From Lysobacterales bacterium (lineage in GTDB: Bacteria; Pseudomonadota; Gammaproteobacteria; Xanthomonadales; SZUA-5), in NCBI GenBank assembly GCA_019187485.1, contig JABAQR010000001.1, positions 40,359-104,358 on the forward strand: DNA of 64,000 bases. The letters are read 5' to 3'. The position numbers were made by a program, and so were the translations under genes. Below are positions 32,193 to 41,714 of the stretch, piece after piece. Numbering within the stretch: the stretch's first letter is position 1; each line of letters begins with the position of its first letter. Below the pieces are notes generated by a model. That model saw only the letters and a program-made list of their open reading frames with translations. It was not told the origin of the DNA and made no database searches.

Positions 32193-32962
32193 GCGCCGCC
32201 GTCCGCTGGGTCCCGTTCAAGACCATCGTCATCAAGGAGGTCAACCGCATCCTGCGCATCTGGGGCCAGACCCTGGTGCCGCCGGCGATCACGATGACGC
32301 TCTATTTCCTGATCTTCGGCCAGCTCGTCGGCAGCCGCATCGGCGAGATGGGCGGCCACCGCTACATGGATTTCATCGTGCCTGGCCTGGTCATGATGAG
32401 CGTGATCCAGAACGCCTACGCGAACGTGGTCAGCTCCTTCTTCGGCAGCAAGTTCGGTCGCTACGTCGAGGAACTGCTGGTGTCGCCGACGCCGAACTGG
32501 ATCATCCTCGCCGGCTACGTGTCCGGCGGCGTGCTGCGCGGCTGCATGGTTGGCGGCATCGTGCTCGCGGTCTCGCTGCTGTTCACCGATCTGTCGATCG
32601 CGCACCCGCTGGCGATGCTGGGTTCGGTGCTGCTGGCCGCGGTGCTGTTCTCGCTGGCCGGCTTCGTCAACGCGGTCTACGCGAAGAAGTTCGACGACAT
32701 CTCGATCATCCCGACCTTCATCCTGACCCCGCTGACCTACCTCGGCGGCGTGTTCTATTCGATGTCCCTGCTGCCGGAGTTCTGGCGCAACGTGTCGCTC
32801 GCGAACCCGATCCTGTACACCGTCAACGCCTTCCGCTACGGCGTGCTCGGCGAGAGCGACGTGCCGCTCGGGCTGGCCTTCGCGATCATGCTGGCGATGA
32901 TCGCCGCGCTCGGCGCCTACTGCCTGCGCTTGTTGCACCTGGGCGTCGGCCTGCGCGCCTGA
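32189..32962 (+). CDS. ABC-2-type exporter permease (YadH-like)
   Basis: It lies at the tail of track ORF 31019..32962. I chose a TTG start that overlaps the ATPase stop (TTGA at 32189-32192). It is a 6-TM ABC-2 membrane protein (VPFKTIVIKEVNRILRIWGQTLVPP...). The start is uncertain. Confidence 0.8.
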   Translation: MSAAVRWVPFKTIVIKEVNRILRIWGQTLVPPAITMTLYFLIFGQLVGSRIGEMGGHRYMDFIVPGLVMMSVIQNAYANVVSSFFGSKFGRYVEELLVSPTPNWIILAGYVSGGVLRGCMVGGIVLAVSLLFTDLSIAHPLAMLGSVLLAAVLFSLAGFVNAVYAKKFDDISIIPTFILTPLTYLGGVFYSMSLLPEFWRNVSLANPILYTVNAFRYGVLGESDVPLGLAFAIMLAMIAALGAYCLRLLHLGVGLRA

Positions 32963-33032
32963 GGCGCCGGTGGCGGTCTCAGGGACCGCGTGCCACCTGG
33001 CAAGCGCTGCCGGCGCTGGCTGCTTCGGCGCT

Positions 33033-35231
33033 TCAGCCGGCCGGAACCCTGGCCACCGGTCGCGACTGCGCGTCGAGGATCTGCAGACGCAGATCACGTG
33101 CGCCGCTGGCACCGTAACTGGGCTGTCCGAGCACGCGCACACTGGCGAAGTGCGCACTCGCGAGGCAGAAACCAGCGAAGCCGGATACCCCGCCGAAGGG
33201 ATGCGTGGCGTGGTAGCCGCCGACGACCGCGCCGCCCTGGAAGCCGCCGCCGGGTCGATCCACGAAGTTGCTGGTCAACTCGAAGAAGAACTGGCCCTCT
33301 GCCGCGCCACCGGCCTGCTCGCTGCCGGCGCCCTCGGCCGCGACCGCGGCCACGTAGAAGCCCGGCGGAACGACCACCGAGGCGGTGCTTGCCTGAGCCA
33401 TGCGCAAGGGCAGGACCGCATCGTAGACGGTCGGGCCATCGCTGCCGCGGCGAATCGTCACGCGCGCCTGCAAGGTGGCATTGGCATCGTTCGCCGGGCT
33501 GCCGCGCAGCGACAGGTCGAGGCGCTGGTTCTCGTTCGCCGGATTGGCGATGTTGAAACCGGCAAAGCCGACCTGGCCGGCGTCGACGAGGCCGCCGAAG
33601 TTGAGGCCGCCGGCGAGCAGGCGCGTGCCCGGATCGTCCAGCAGCAGTTCGACGCCGAAGATGCCGGGCGTGAGGCCGGCCCCGGGGCCGTCCTCGACAC
33701 TGGCGACGAAGAAGCCGGCCGGGCAGCTCGCCAGCGCCGGGATCGGCGCCGGCAGCGCGTAGCGGGTCAGTTGCGGCTCGTCCTGCGCCTGGTTCGGGGT
33801 GCCGAGCTTCTGCAGCGCAGCGACCGCGTCGACGCGGCCGTGACCGAAGATCGGATTGGGCACGGTGGTTGCCGCCACGCCGCCGCAGCTCTCGGCAGTG
33901 ACGATGTCGGCCACCGCCGAGGAGCGCAGCAGCGCCTCGACGCGCGCCGGGTTGCGTTTGAGGCTGGGATCGGCCGACATCAGCAGCGCCGCGAGTCCGG
34001 CCACGTGCGGACCGGCCATGCTGGTGCCGCTGGCCAGCGCGTAGCCGCCGCCGGTAATCGAAGAGCGCGTGTTGACGCCGGGCGCGACCACATCGGGCTT
34101 CATGCGGTTGCTGCCGTCGACAGCGACCGGGCCACGGCTGCTGAAGGGCGCCATGCTGGTGTCGTCGATCGCACCGACGCTGAAGCTGGCGGCGTAGTGT
34201 GCCGGCGCGGTGTCGATGCTGGCGCAGCCAGGACCGCTGTTGCCGGCCGACACGACCACCAGGATTCCGGCGTCGCGCACATTTTCGACCACGCTGCGCA
34301 GGATCTCGGGCTGGGTGCAGCCTTCCGAGGGCGGGCAGCCCCAGGAGTTGTTGATCACGTGCGGCGCGCGCGCCGGGTCCGGATTGTTGCCGTTGCGGTC
34401 GGTCGGCGCCAGGAAGAACTGGAAGCATTCGCTGTAACTGACCGGCGTGCCGATGCCCCGGTCCATGTTGCGACAACCGATCCAGCGCGCTTCCGGGGCC
34501 ACGCCGATCTGGTTGCCGAGACCGTCGTCGCCGACCATCGTGCCCATCGTGTGCGTGCCGTGGGACCCGTCGTCGCAGGGCTCGACGGCGTTCGCGCCGC
34601 AGCGGCCGCCGCCGCTGTGGATCGCGTCGTGCCAGTGGTAGTCGTGGCTGACGACGCTGCCGTCCCAGCCGGCATAGCGCGACTTGATCGCCGCGTGATT
34701 CCAGTCGTAGCCGCTGTCCTGGCCGCCGATCAGCACGCCCTGGCCGCGATGGCCCAGCGCCCAGGCGGCCGGCGCGTTGATCCGGGCGACGCCGGCCTCG
34801 ATCGCCTGCGCGCGCTTGGTGGCGGCGTGGAATGCGACCGGTCGCTGCTGGTGCAGGCGGGTGTTGGCCTCGATCGCAACCACGTCCTTGCGCGCGGCGA
34901 GCGCGTCGAGCAGCTCGGCGTCCGCCCGCAGTGCGAGGAAATTCGCGACCCAGAAGGCCTGGTACTCGACACCGCGCGCGTCCAGCCAATCGCGCAGGGG
35001 CTTCTGGGTGCGTTCGGCCTGGGCGCGCAGGCGCGCGACCGCGGCCGCGACGCGATCGTCGCCGGCGAGCTTGTCGGCGATCTCGCCGAGTTGCGCCTGC
35101 GGCAGCACCACCAGCACTTCGACCTGCCCCGATTGGCGCAGTCCGGCCGCGACCGGCGCGGCGATCTTCGCCGGCGGGGTGGCGGTGACGCCGGCCGACA
35201 GCAGCAGGGAGAGCAGCAACAGTTTGCGCAC
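33033..35231 (-). CDS. Secreted S8 (subtilisin-family) serine peptidase with an I9-like propeptide and a C-terminal extension
   Basis: Signal peptide MRKLLLLSLLLSAGVTA. The catalytic triad contexts are GGQDSGYDWNH (Asp), SHGTHTMGT (His) and SGTSMAGPHVAG (Ser). Confidence 0.9.
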   Translation of the reverse strand: MRKLLLLSLLLSAGVTATPPAKIAAPVAAGLRQSGQVEVLVVLPQAQLGEIADKLAGDDRVAAAVARLRAQAERTQKPLRDWLDARGVEYQAFWVANFLALRADAELLDALAARKDVVAIEANTRLHQQRPVAFHAATKRAQAIEAGVARINAPAAWALGHRGQGVLIGGQDSGYDWNHAAIKSRYAGWDGSVVSHDYHWHDAIHSGGGRCGANAVEPCDDGSHGTHTMGTMVGDDGLGNQIGVAPEARWIGCRNMDRGIGTPVSYSECFQFFLAPTDRNGNNPDPARAPHVINNSWGCPPSEGCTQPEILRSVVENVRDAGILVVVSAGNSGPGCASIDTAPAHYAASFSVGAIDDTSMAPFSSRGPVAVDGSNRMKPDVVAPGVNTRSSITGGGYALASGTSMAGPHVAGLAALLMSADPSLKRNPARVEALLRSSAVADIVTAESCGGVAATTVPNPIFGHGRVDAVAALQKLGTPNQAQDEPQLTRYALPAPIPALASCPAGFFVASVEDGPGAGLTPGIFGVELLLDDPGTRLLAGGLNFGGLVDAGQVGFAGFNIANPANENQRLDLSLRGSPANDANATLQARVTIRRGSDGPTVYDAVLPLRMAQASTASVVVPPGFYVAAVAAEGAGSEQAGGAAEGQFFFELTSNFVDRPGGGFQGGAVVGGYHATHPFGGVSGFAGFCLASAHFASVRVLGQPSYGASGARDLRLQILDAQSRPVARVPAG

Positions 35232-35360
35232 GGGCGCCTCGTCGTATGCAGTGTGTCACAACTCTAAACGCCGCCGCGGGCTGCTGCCCGCACCGCGGCT
35301 GAACGGCCGGATCCCGGTCCGCGCGATATGCTGATCGTCCCTCGTCTGCGGAGGTTCCCG

Positions 35361-36143
35361 ATGCCAGCCCTCGCGAAGTCCAACCCGCGCAGCCGGGCCC
35401 CGAAGGCGCGCATGAGCCATGCCGAGGCGATCGCCGCTCTGGAAGCCGCCGGCACCGAGCAGAACCGCAAGGTCTACCGCCGCCACGGCGCGCCGGACCC
35501 GCTCTACGGGGTCAGTTTCGCGCACCTGAAGGCGCTGCTGAAGAAGATCGGGGTCGACCACGAACTCGCCTGCTCGCTGTGGCAGACCGGCAACTACGAC
35601 GCGCGCAACCTGGCGATGAAGATCGCCGACCCGAAACAGTTGTCGCGGGCGGACCTCGATCTGTGGGTGCGCGGCAGTGCCGCGCGCATGTGCAGCGGCT
35701 ATGTGCCGGCGCTGGCCTGCGAGTCCGGGCACGGACCGGCCTGCGCCCAGGCCTGGCTGGCGTCCGGCGAGACTGGCCTGCGCAGCGCCGGCTGGACCAC
35801 GGTCGGCACCCTTGCGATGCACGACCTGGAGATGGCAGACGACTGGTTCGGCGAGCGCCTGCGCGAGATCGAAAGCCGGGTGCACACGGCCCACAATGAC
35901 GAGCGCGATCCGATGATCCGCGCGCTGATCGGCATCGGCTGCCGCAACCCGGCCCTGCGCGAGGCCGCGCTCGCCGCGGCGCGCCGCATCGGCAAGGTCG
36001 ACGTCGACTACGGCGAAACCGGCTGCAAGCTGCCGGACGCGGCGGGCTCCATCGCGAAGGCCTGGGAGCACTCGCTCGCCAAGGGCTACACCAGCCCCGC
36101 CGAACACGAGCGCGCACGCGAGCCGATGCGGCTGCGCTGCTGA
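35361..36143 (+). CDS. DNA alkylation repair (AlkD-like HEAT-repeat) family protein
   Basis: The start has a GGAGG 7 nt upstream. The N-terminus (AEAIAALEAAGTEQNRKVYRRHGAP..YGVSFAHLKALLKKIG..LWQTGNYDARNLA) is typical of PF08713-type proteins. Confidence 0.7.
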   Translation: MPALAKSNPRSRAPKARMSHAEAIAALEAAGTEQNRKVYRRHGAPDPLYGVSFAHLKALLKKIGVDHELACSLWQTGNYDARNLAMKIADPKQLSRADLDLWVRGSAARMCSGYVPALACESGHGPACAQAWLASGETGLRSAGWTTVGTLAMHDLEMADDWFGERLREIESRVHTAHNDERDPMIRALIGIGCRNPALREAALAAARRIGKVDVDYGETGCKLPDAAGSIAKAWEHSLAKGYTSPAEHERAREPMRLRC

Positions 36144-36185
36144 GGGCGTTGGCGGAGGCAACGCCCGGCGCGCAGCCGCGCCGGG
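36144..36185. terminator. Two adjacent GC hairpins between convergent genes; a likely bidirectional terminator
   Basis: GGGCGTTG-GCGGAGG-CAACGCCC at 36144-36166 and CCCGGCGCG-CAGC-CGCGCCGGG at 36164-36185. No U-tract follows either hairpin. Confidence 0.5.
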
Positions 36186-36196
36186 CGTGCGTGCGC

Positions 36197-36988
36197 TCAG
36201 CAGGGCGCGTGCTGGAGCTTGATGATGTAGATGCCGCCGCCGGTGGGATCGTCGAGGCGGGCGATGCGGCCGACGCCGGGGGCGTCGAAGGCGGGCACGC
36301 AGGCCTTGCCGCCGAGTTCCTGGGCGCGTTTGAGGCAGGCGTCTACATCGGCGACCGGGATGTACAGCGACCAGTGCGAGGGCATCTCGCCCCATTCGGC
36401 GCTCATCGGCAGGATCCCGCCGAAGCGGGTGCCGGCGACCACGTATTCCTGGTAGTCGAGGCCGGGGATCGGGTGGGTCGACGGCGGGAACTCCCAGCCG
36501 AGCAGCGCGCCGTAGAAGGCTTTCGCGGCGGCCGCGTCGCGCGTGGCGAGTTCCACCCAGCCGATCGCGTGGTCCTCGAACATGGTGAAGTCGCCGGCGT
36601 CGGCGCTGGCCGGCTGCCACAGGCTGAAAACCGCGCCGGTCGGATCGGCGAGCACCACGCCGCGACCGTGACCGGGCACGTCGAAGGGGCCGAAGACCAG
36701 TTGGCCGCCGAGCTCCTGCGCCCGCGCGAGGCTCGCGTCGACATTGGCGACCGCGAAGTAGACGTTCCAGACCGAGGGCCGGTCTTCGCTGCCGGGCGGC
36801 ATCCCGCAGAGTGCGCCGACGGTGCCGCTGGCGTTGCGCAGGAAGGTGTAGTTGCCCATCTCGCCCATGTCGTTGTGCACGTGGCTCCAGCCGAACAGGG
36901 CTTCGTGGAAGGCCAGCGAGGCGTCCGCGTCCCTGCTCGACAATTCGAACCAGCAGGGGGCGCCGGTGGGTGGGGTCAGATGCGGCAT
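36197..36988 (-). CDS. VOC-family protein (tandem glyoxalase/bleomycin-resistance/dioxygenase-fold domains)
   Basis: Two repeats with the pattern WFEL..D..A..FY..LFGW..P..G..F.DP.G..F. The track ORF 36197..37321 was trimmed to MPHLTPPTGAPCWFEL. Confidence 0.8.
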   Translation of the reverse strand: MPHLTPPTGAPCWFELSSRDADASLAFHEALFGWSHVHNDMGEMGNYTFLRNASGTVGALCGMPPGSEDRPSVWNVYFAVANVDASLARAQELGGQLVFGPFDVPGHGRGVVLADPTGAVFSLWQPASADAGDFTMFEDHAIGWVELATRDAAAAKAFYGALLGWEFPPSTHPIPGLDYQEYVVAGTRFGGILPMSAEWGEMPSHWSLYIPVADVDACLKRAQELGGKACVPAFDAPGVGRIARLDDPTGGGIYIIKLQHAPC

Positions 36989-37056
36989 GGCGGAGACTCC
37001 GGGTGCGGGAAGGGAAGGTTGCGCGCGCGACCGGAAACGGGCAAGCACGACCGGAG

Positions 37057-37275
37057 TCAGGAGTTGATCCGCTCCCAGTCGAAGTCGCCGTAGATGCCGC
37101 CATGCGGGATCAGGTCCACCTGCCAGGCGGTGCCGCAGACCCTGCAGCGCAGTCGCCAGGTGTCCGGGTAGCTGGTGTCGTGTGCCTCCACCAGCAGTTC
37201 CGGGTGCGCGCGCGGCGCATTGCCCTGGAAGTGCGCATATTCCTGCTGGCTGCAGAAACAGATCGGTGCGTTCAT
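37057..37275 (-). CDS. Small hypothetical protein (72 aa, Cys-containing)
   Basis: The start was trimmed to MNAPICFCSQQEY. GC is strongly enriched at third codon positions. I recognise no family. Confidence 0.5.
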   Translation of the reverse strand: MNAPICFCSQQEYAHFQGNAPRAHPELLVEAHDTSYPDTWRLRCRVCGTAWQVDLIPHGGIYGDFDWERINS

Positions 37276-37465
37276 GGCCGGCCCCCTGCGACCGTCCGAG
37301 TGTCCTGCCGCTGCCGCGCACCCGACTGTGTCGGCCGTCACGGAATGGCCTCGGGCCCGGAACTGCGCGATGCGGCGCGGAGCGCGGCCGGGCTGTGCGC
37401 GCGTCGTTGCCCTCGCGCAGGCTCGACCGCTAAGCTGCGGTGGCCAGCCGCGACCAGGGACGGCG

Positions 37466-39511
37466 ATGCCTCTGCTCACCCTCATCGGCGGGATTCTGAT
37501 CGGCGCGCTGTTTTACGCCGCCTGTTTCCATGTGGTCGCCGGCTTCGGGCGCAGTGGGCGCTCGCGTCACCGGCTGGTTGCGGCCATCTGCATCGTCGCG
37601 CTCGGCTTCTCGTTCGTCATGCTGCTGGCCCTGCGCGAGGCCTCTGCGGCGCGCTTGCTGCTGCTGAATCGCATCGGCCTGTGTTTGTCGGTGCTGGTGT
37701 TCCCGCTGATGGTGTACTTCTACGATGACGCCCGGCGGCGCTTGTCCTGGCGTTGGCGCTGGATACTTGGGGCCTCCGCGCTGCTGCTGCTGATCAACCT
37801 GTGGTTGCCGCAGGGCCTGCAGTTCGCGCAGGTCAGCGGGGTGCGCTGGCACCTGCTGCCCTGGGACGAGCGCTATGCGGTGCTGCATGGTCGTCTGCAC
37901 CCATTTTTCGGCATCGGTGCGGCCTGGACGCTGGCGCTGACGCTGCTGTCCGCTGCGTTGCAGTGGAGCAACTGGCGCCACTCGCGCCGTCCCGCCGAAC
38001 TCGTGCTGCTGGCCGGCGTCGGCGTCTACCTGGTCTCGATGGGACTCGGCATCGCCTCGCGGGCGGGCCTGCTGAACCTGCATTTCGCCGGGGTCTACGG
38101 GCTCGCGGCGATGGTGCTGTCGATCAGCCTGGTACACGTGCACGACGACCGTCGCGGGCGTCAGCACGAGGCGCAGGAGAAGCAGCGTCATCGTGCGCGC
38201 CTGGATTGGCTGGCGCGGCACGACGCGCTCACCGGTCTGCCCAACCGGGCCGCGCTGGAGGAGTCGCTGCAGGCGGTTCCCCTCTCCGGCGGCGCCCTGC
38301 TCGCCCTGCTCGGCATCGACCGTCTCGGCCGCATCAACGAAGCTTTCGGTCACGACTGCGGCGATGCCGTGCTGCGTGCACTGGTGCAGCGGCTGCAGGC
38401 ACCCTTGCGCACCACCGACCGCATCGCCCGCCTCGGCGGCGACCTGCTGTGCCTGTTGCTTGATGGCGAGCAGCCGCAGCGGCGTTTGCAGGCGCTGCTG
38501 GCGGCGACGCGCGCGCCGCTCGTGTTGGAGAACGGGCTTTCGCTCGAACTCGGCGTCAGCGGCGGGCACACCGCACTCGCTCCGGGAACGGTCGATCTCG
38601 CCGCGCCGCTGCAGGAGGCGGAATCGGCGCTGGCGCTGGCCAAGCGCCTGCGACGCGGCAACCTCGCCGCCTTCGATCCGCAGCAGTTCGAACGCAGCCG
38701 GCGCTGGACCGAGCTCGGCGCACGCATGCGCAGCGCGCTCGCCGCCGGCGAGTTCCGTCTGGTCTACCAGCCGCGCCTGCGCCTCGCCGACGAGCGCCAC
38801 GCGGGCTTCGAGGCCCTGCTGCGCTGGCGCGCCGCCGACGGCGAGATCGAACCCGGCGAGTTCGTGCGCATCGCCGAGGAATCCGGCTGCATCGTCGAAC
38901 TCGGTGAGTTCGTGCTGGCCGGCGCGCTCGCGCAACTGCTGTGCTGGCGCGCGCAGGGCCTCGCGCCCGGCCGCCTCGCGCTGAACCTGTCGATGCGCCA
39001 ACTGGCCGACCGCGGGCTCGCCGAGCGCATCGCTGCCGCGGTCGCCGCGCATGGTCTGGCGCCCCGCGAGATCGAGTTCGAGCTGACCGAGACCGCGGCG
39101 ATGGAACAGGCCGACTTCGTGCTCCCGCAGCTCGACGCGCTCGCCGCGGCCGGTTTTACCCTCGCCCTCGACGACTTCGGCACCGGCTACTCCTCGCTGG
39201 CACGCCTGCAGGGCCTGCCTTTCGGCGTGATCAAGATCGACATCTCCTTCGTGCAGCGTCTGGGCAGCGCCGGCGGCGAGCAGTTGATGCGCGGCATGCT
39301 CGGCCTGGTCCACGACCTCGGTCGCGAAGCGGTGGCCGAGGGTGTCGAGACGCCGGCCCAGCGCGACTGGCTGCGCGCGGCCGGTTGCGCTGAAGCCCAG
39401 GGCTGGCTGTACGCGCGCGCGCTGGAGGCGGAGGCCACGGATGCATGGCTGCGGGCGCGAAGCTGCTCAGGATCGTCCATGGATGTCCACGACGATCATG
39501 CAGCCGATTGA
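37466..39511 (+). CDS. Membrane sensor with a degenerate GGDEF domain and an EAL phosphodiesterase domain
   Basis: A multi-TM N-terminus precedes a GGDEF domain whose A-site reads GGDLL while the I-site RxxD is kept (RTTDRIARLGGDLL). The EAL domain looks intact (FEALLRW, DDFGTGYSSL, KIDISFV, AEGVET). Confidence 0.88.
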   Translation: MPLLTLIGGILIGALFYAACFHVVAGFGRSGRSRHRLVAAICIVALGFSFVMLLALREASAARLLLLNRIGLCLSVLVFPLMVYFYDDARRRLSWRWRWILGASALLLLINLWLPQGLQFAQVSGVRWHLLPWDERYAVLHGRLHPFFGIGAAWTLALTLLSAALQWSNWRHSRRPAELVLLAGVGVYLVSMGLGIASRAGLLNLHFAGVYGLAAMVLSISLVHVHDDRRGRQHEAQEKQRHRARLDWLARHDALTGLPNRAALEESLQAVPLSGGALLALLGIDRLGRINEAFGHDCGDAVLRALVQRLQAPLRTTDRIARLGGDLLCLLLDGEQPQRRLQALLAATRAPLVLENGLSLELGVSGGHTALAPGTVDLAAPLQEAESALALAKRLRRGNLAAFDPQQFERSRRWTELGARMRSALAAGEFRLVYQPRLRLADERHAGFEALLRWRAADGEIEPGEFVRIAEESGCIVELGEFVLAGALAQLLCWRAQGLAPGRLALNLSMRQLADRGLAERIAAAVAAHGLAPREIEFELTETAAMEQADFVLPQLDALAAAGFTLALDDFGTGYSSLARLQGLPFGVIKIDISFVQRLGSAGGEQLMRGMLGLVHDLGREAVAEGVETPAQRDWLRAAGCAEAQGWLYARALEAEATDAWLRARSCSGSSMDVHDDHAAD

Positions 39512-39749
39512 TTGGACGATGGATTTACTTCCGACGCAGGCATTGCGTGCAAGCATCCGCCGGCGACTTTGGAGGCTGTTTTTCCGCAATGGATGCCGGC
39601 AAGTCGGTCCCCAGACGGTGTTGAAAGCGCGGATTCGCGCCGACCAGGCCGCGACCAGTCGGCCGCTCGCGGCTGCCACCACCGCCGGCTTGCAGCCAAT
39701 GCCTGCCAGCCACGATGCTTGCGCCACCCACCGCCACAGGACCGGGTGA

Positions 39750-40706
39750 GTGCAGGCTCCGGCATTGATCGTCGTGACCCCGGTGTTCGAGGACGCGCAG
39801 GCGGCCGCGCGCCTGTGCGCGGACCTCGCCGGCGTTTGTGTGCCGCCGCCGTACATCGTGGCGGTCGACGACGGCTCGGTGCGGCAACCGCTGTCGCCAC
39901 GCATGATCGCCGGCGCCGGCCTCGCCGGGCGTGTGCTGCGGCTGAAGCGCAACGTCGGCCATCAGCGCGCGATCGCGATCGGGCTGGACCACGTCGCCCG
40001 CCACTGGCCGCAGGCGCCACGCGTGGTGGTGATGGACTGCGATGGCGAGGACCGGCCGGCCACCGTACCGGAGCTGCTCGCCGAGCTGGAGGAAGCGCAG
40101 GTCGACGTGGTGGTTGCGCGCCGGCGCGGCCGCGTCGAGAGCCTGCACTTCCGGCTGTTCTACTGGTTGTACAAGGGCCTGTTCCGACTGCTGACCGGAC
40201 GCCAGCTCGCCTTCGGCAACTTCATGGCGCTGAAACCGGCGGCGCTCGCGCGCCTGACCGCGATGGGCGAACTCGCCACCCACGTGGCCGGCAGCGTGCT
40301 GATCTCGCGGCTGCGCTGGCGTGCGCGGCCGCTCGACCGCGGGTCGCGCTACGCCGGCAACAGCCACATGAACTTCGTGGGTCTGGTGCTGCATGGTTTC
40401 CGCGGCCTGATGATCTTCGCCGAGGATGTGCTGGTTCGAGTCGGCACCGCCTGCGCGCTGGTGGCGGCATTGGCGGTGGCCGGCGGCAGCACCGCGGTGG
40501 TGCTGAAGTCGATCGGTTACGCGACGCCGGGCTGGTTCTCGGTGGCGCTCGGCATCCTGTTTCTGGTGTTCCTGCAAACGGGCGCGATCACGCTGATGAC
40601 GCTGATGCTGACCGGTGTGGTGCGCGCCGGCAGCGTGCAGCCGCAGGATCACGCGGCGCTGGTCGATGCGGTGCTCGCGACCGGCGACGATGCGACCGCT
40701 GCCTGA
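39750..40706 (+). CDS. Family-2 glycosyltransferase with two C-terminal TM helices (GtrB/ArnC-like polyprenyl-phosphate glycosyltransferase)
   Basis: GTG start. Motifs VVTPVFED, VAVDDGS and DCDGEDRP (DxD) are followed by C-terminal TM segments. Confidence 0.8.
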   Translation: MQAPALIVVTPVFEDAQAAARLCADLAGVCVPPPYIVAVDDGSVRQPLSPRMIAGAGLAGRVLRLKRNVGHQRAIAIGLDHVARHWPQAPRVVVMDCDGEDRPATVPELLAELEEAQVDVVVARRRGRVESLHFRLFYWLYKGLFRLLTGRQLAFGNFMALKPAALARLTAMGELATHVAGSVLISRLRWRARPLDRGSRYAGNSHMNFVGLVLHGFRGLMIFAEDVLVRVGTACALVAALAVAGGSTAVVLKSIGYATPGWFSVALGILFLVFLQTGAITLMTLMLTGVVRAGSVQPQDHAALVDAVLATGDDATAA

Positions 40707-41085
40707 GCGCGCGGCACAGCCGCTGCGCTTCATCGTCAACGGCCTGGCCGCGACGGTGGTCCACTACGCCGTGCTGCACGTCTGCATCGAGGACGTCGGG
40801 CTGCCTTCGGCGGGAGTTTCCAACCTCATCGCCGCCTGTTTCGGTATCAGCGCCTCGTTCCTCGGCAATCGCTGGTACGTGTTCGCGGCCACGCGCGAGC
40901 CGGTCTGGCGCCAGTTTGCGCGTTTCTCGCTGCTGTACGCCGGACTGGCGTTGATGCAGGGTGGCCTGCTCGCCCTCTGGACCGACTTCGCCGGTCTCGA
41001 CTACCGTGCCGGCTTCCTGCTCGGCATCGGCTTGCAGGTGCTGGGTTCCTGGTATGGAGGCAGGCATTGGGTGTTCCGGCGATGA
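40690..41085 (+). CDS. GtrA-family membrane protein
   Basis: FIVNGLAATVVHYAVLHV..NLIAACFGISASFLGNRWYVF is a 4-TM GtrA-like pattern. It overlaps the glycosyltransferase gene by 17 nt. Confidence 0.75.
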   Translation: MRPLPERAAQPLRFIVNGLAATVVHYAVLHVCIEDVGLPSAGVSNLIAACFGISASFLGNRWYVFAATREPVWRQFARFSLLYAGLALMQGGLLALWTDFAGLDYRAGFLLGIGLQVLGSWYGGRHWVFRR

Positions 41086-41714
41086 AGATCTGGCTGAGCC
41101 TGCTGGGCTGCGCGGCTTATGCGCTGCTGCTGCTTGTGGGGTACGCGCTGCACGCGCGTTTCCTGCCGGTCGACGTGGTGTTCTACAGCGCGCTCGCGGA
41201 CGCGGTCCTCGCGGCCGCGCTGCTGGCGCTGCCGCTCTACCGCGTGCGCACCTTCGCCAGCTTCAGTGCGCTCGAGCGCCTGCAACTGCTGGCGATCTGG
41301 CTGCTCGCCGGCTACGCCTTCGCGATCAGCGTGCCGACCGTGCTCGATCGCTCATTGTCCTTCTACATCCTGGAGAAACTGGAGCAGCGCGGCGGCGGAA
41401 TTCGCGCCGAAGCGATGTCGCGGGTGTTCACCGACGAATACCTGCGCGAGCACCGCCTGGTCGACGTGCGCCTGACCGAGCAACTGGAATCCGGCACCAT
41501 CGAGATCGTCGGCGGCTGCGTGCGCCTGACCGCGCGTGGCGCGCGCCTGGCACGCGCCAGCCGCTGGTTCCGTCTGCACCTGTTGCCGCGCCAGCGGCTG
41601 CTCGCCGGCGAGTACACGGACGCGCTGACCGATCCCTTCCGCGAGAGCCGCGCCGAGGTCGACTACGCCTGTACGCCGGCCGCGACGGAGCCCGACCGGG
41701 ACGGTGCGCGATGA
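41082..41714 (+). CDS. Membrane protein with a cytoplasmic winged-helix-like segment, function unknown
   Basis: MKIWLSLLGCAAYALLLLVGYAL is followed by about 3 TM helices and then SFYILEKLEQRGGGIRAEAMSRVF.. It has ATGA overlaps at both ends (41082-41085 and 41711-41714). Confidence 0.65.
   Translation: MKIWLSLLGCAAYALLLLVGYALHARFLPVDVVFYSALADAVLAAALLALPLYRVRTFASFSALERLQLLAIWLLAGYAFAISVPTVLDRSLSFYILEKLEQRGGGIRAEAMSRVFTDEYLREHRLVDVRLTEQLESGTIEIVGGCVRLTARGARLARASRWFRLHLLPRQRLLAGEYTDALTDPFRESRAEVDYACTPAATEPDRDGAR

Noticed and set aside
30048-32962. Whether the WYL regulator marks a phage-defence island
   Set aside because: The neighbours are a diguanylate cyclase and an ordinary ABC-2 exporter. 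No nuclease, helicase, methylase, CBASS, Thoeris or similar genes are nearby.
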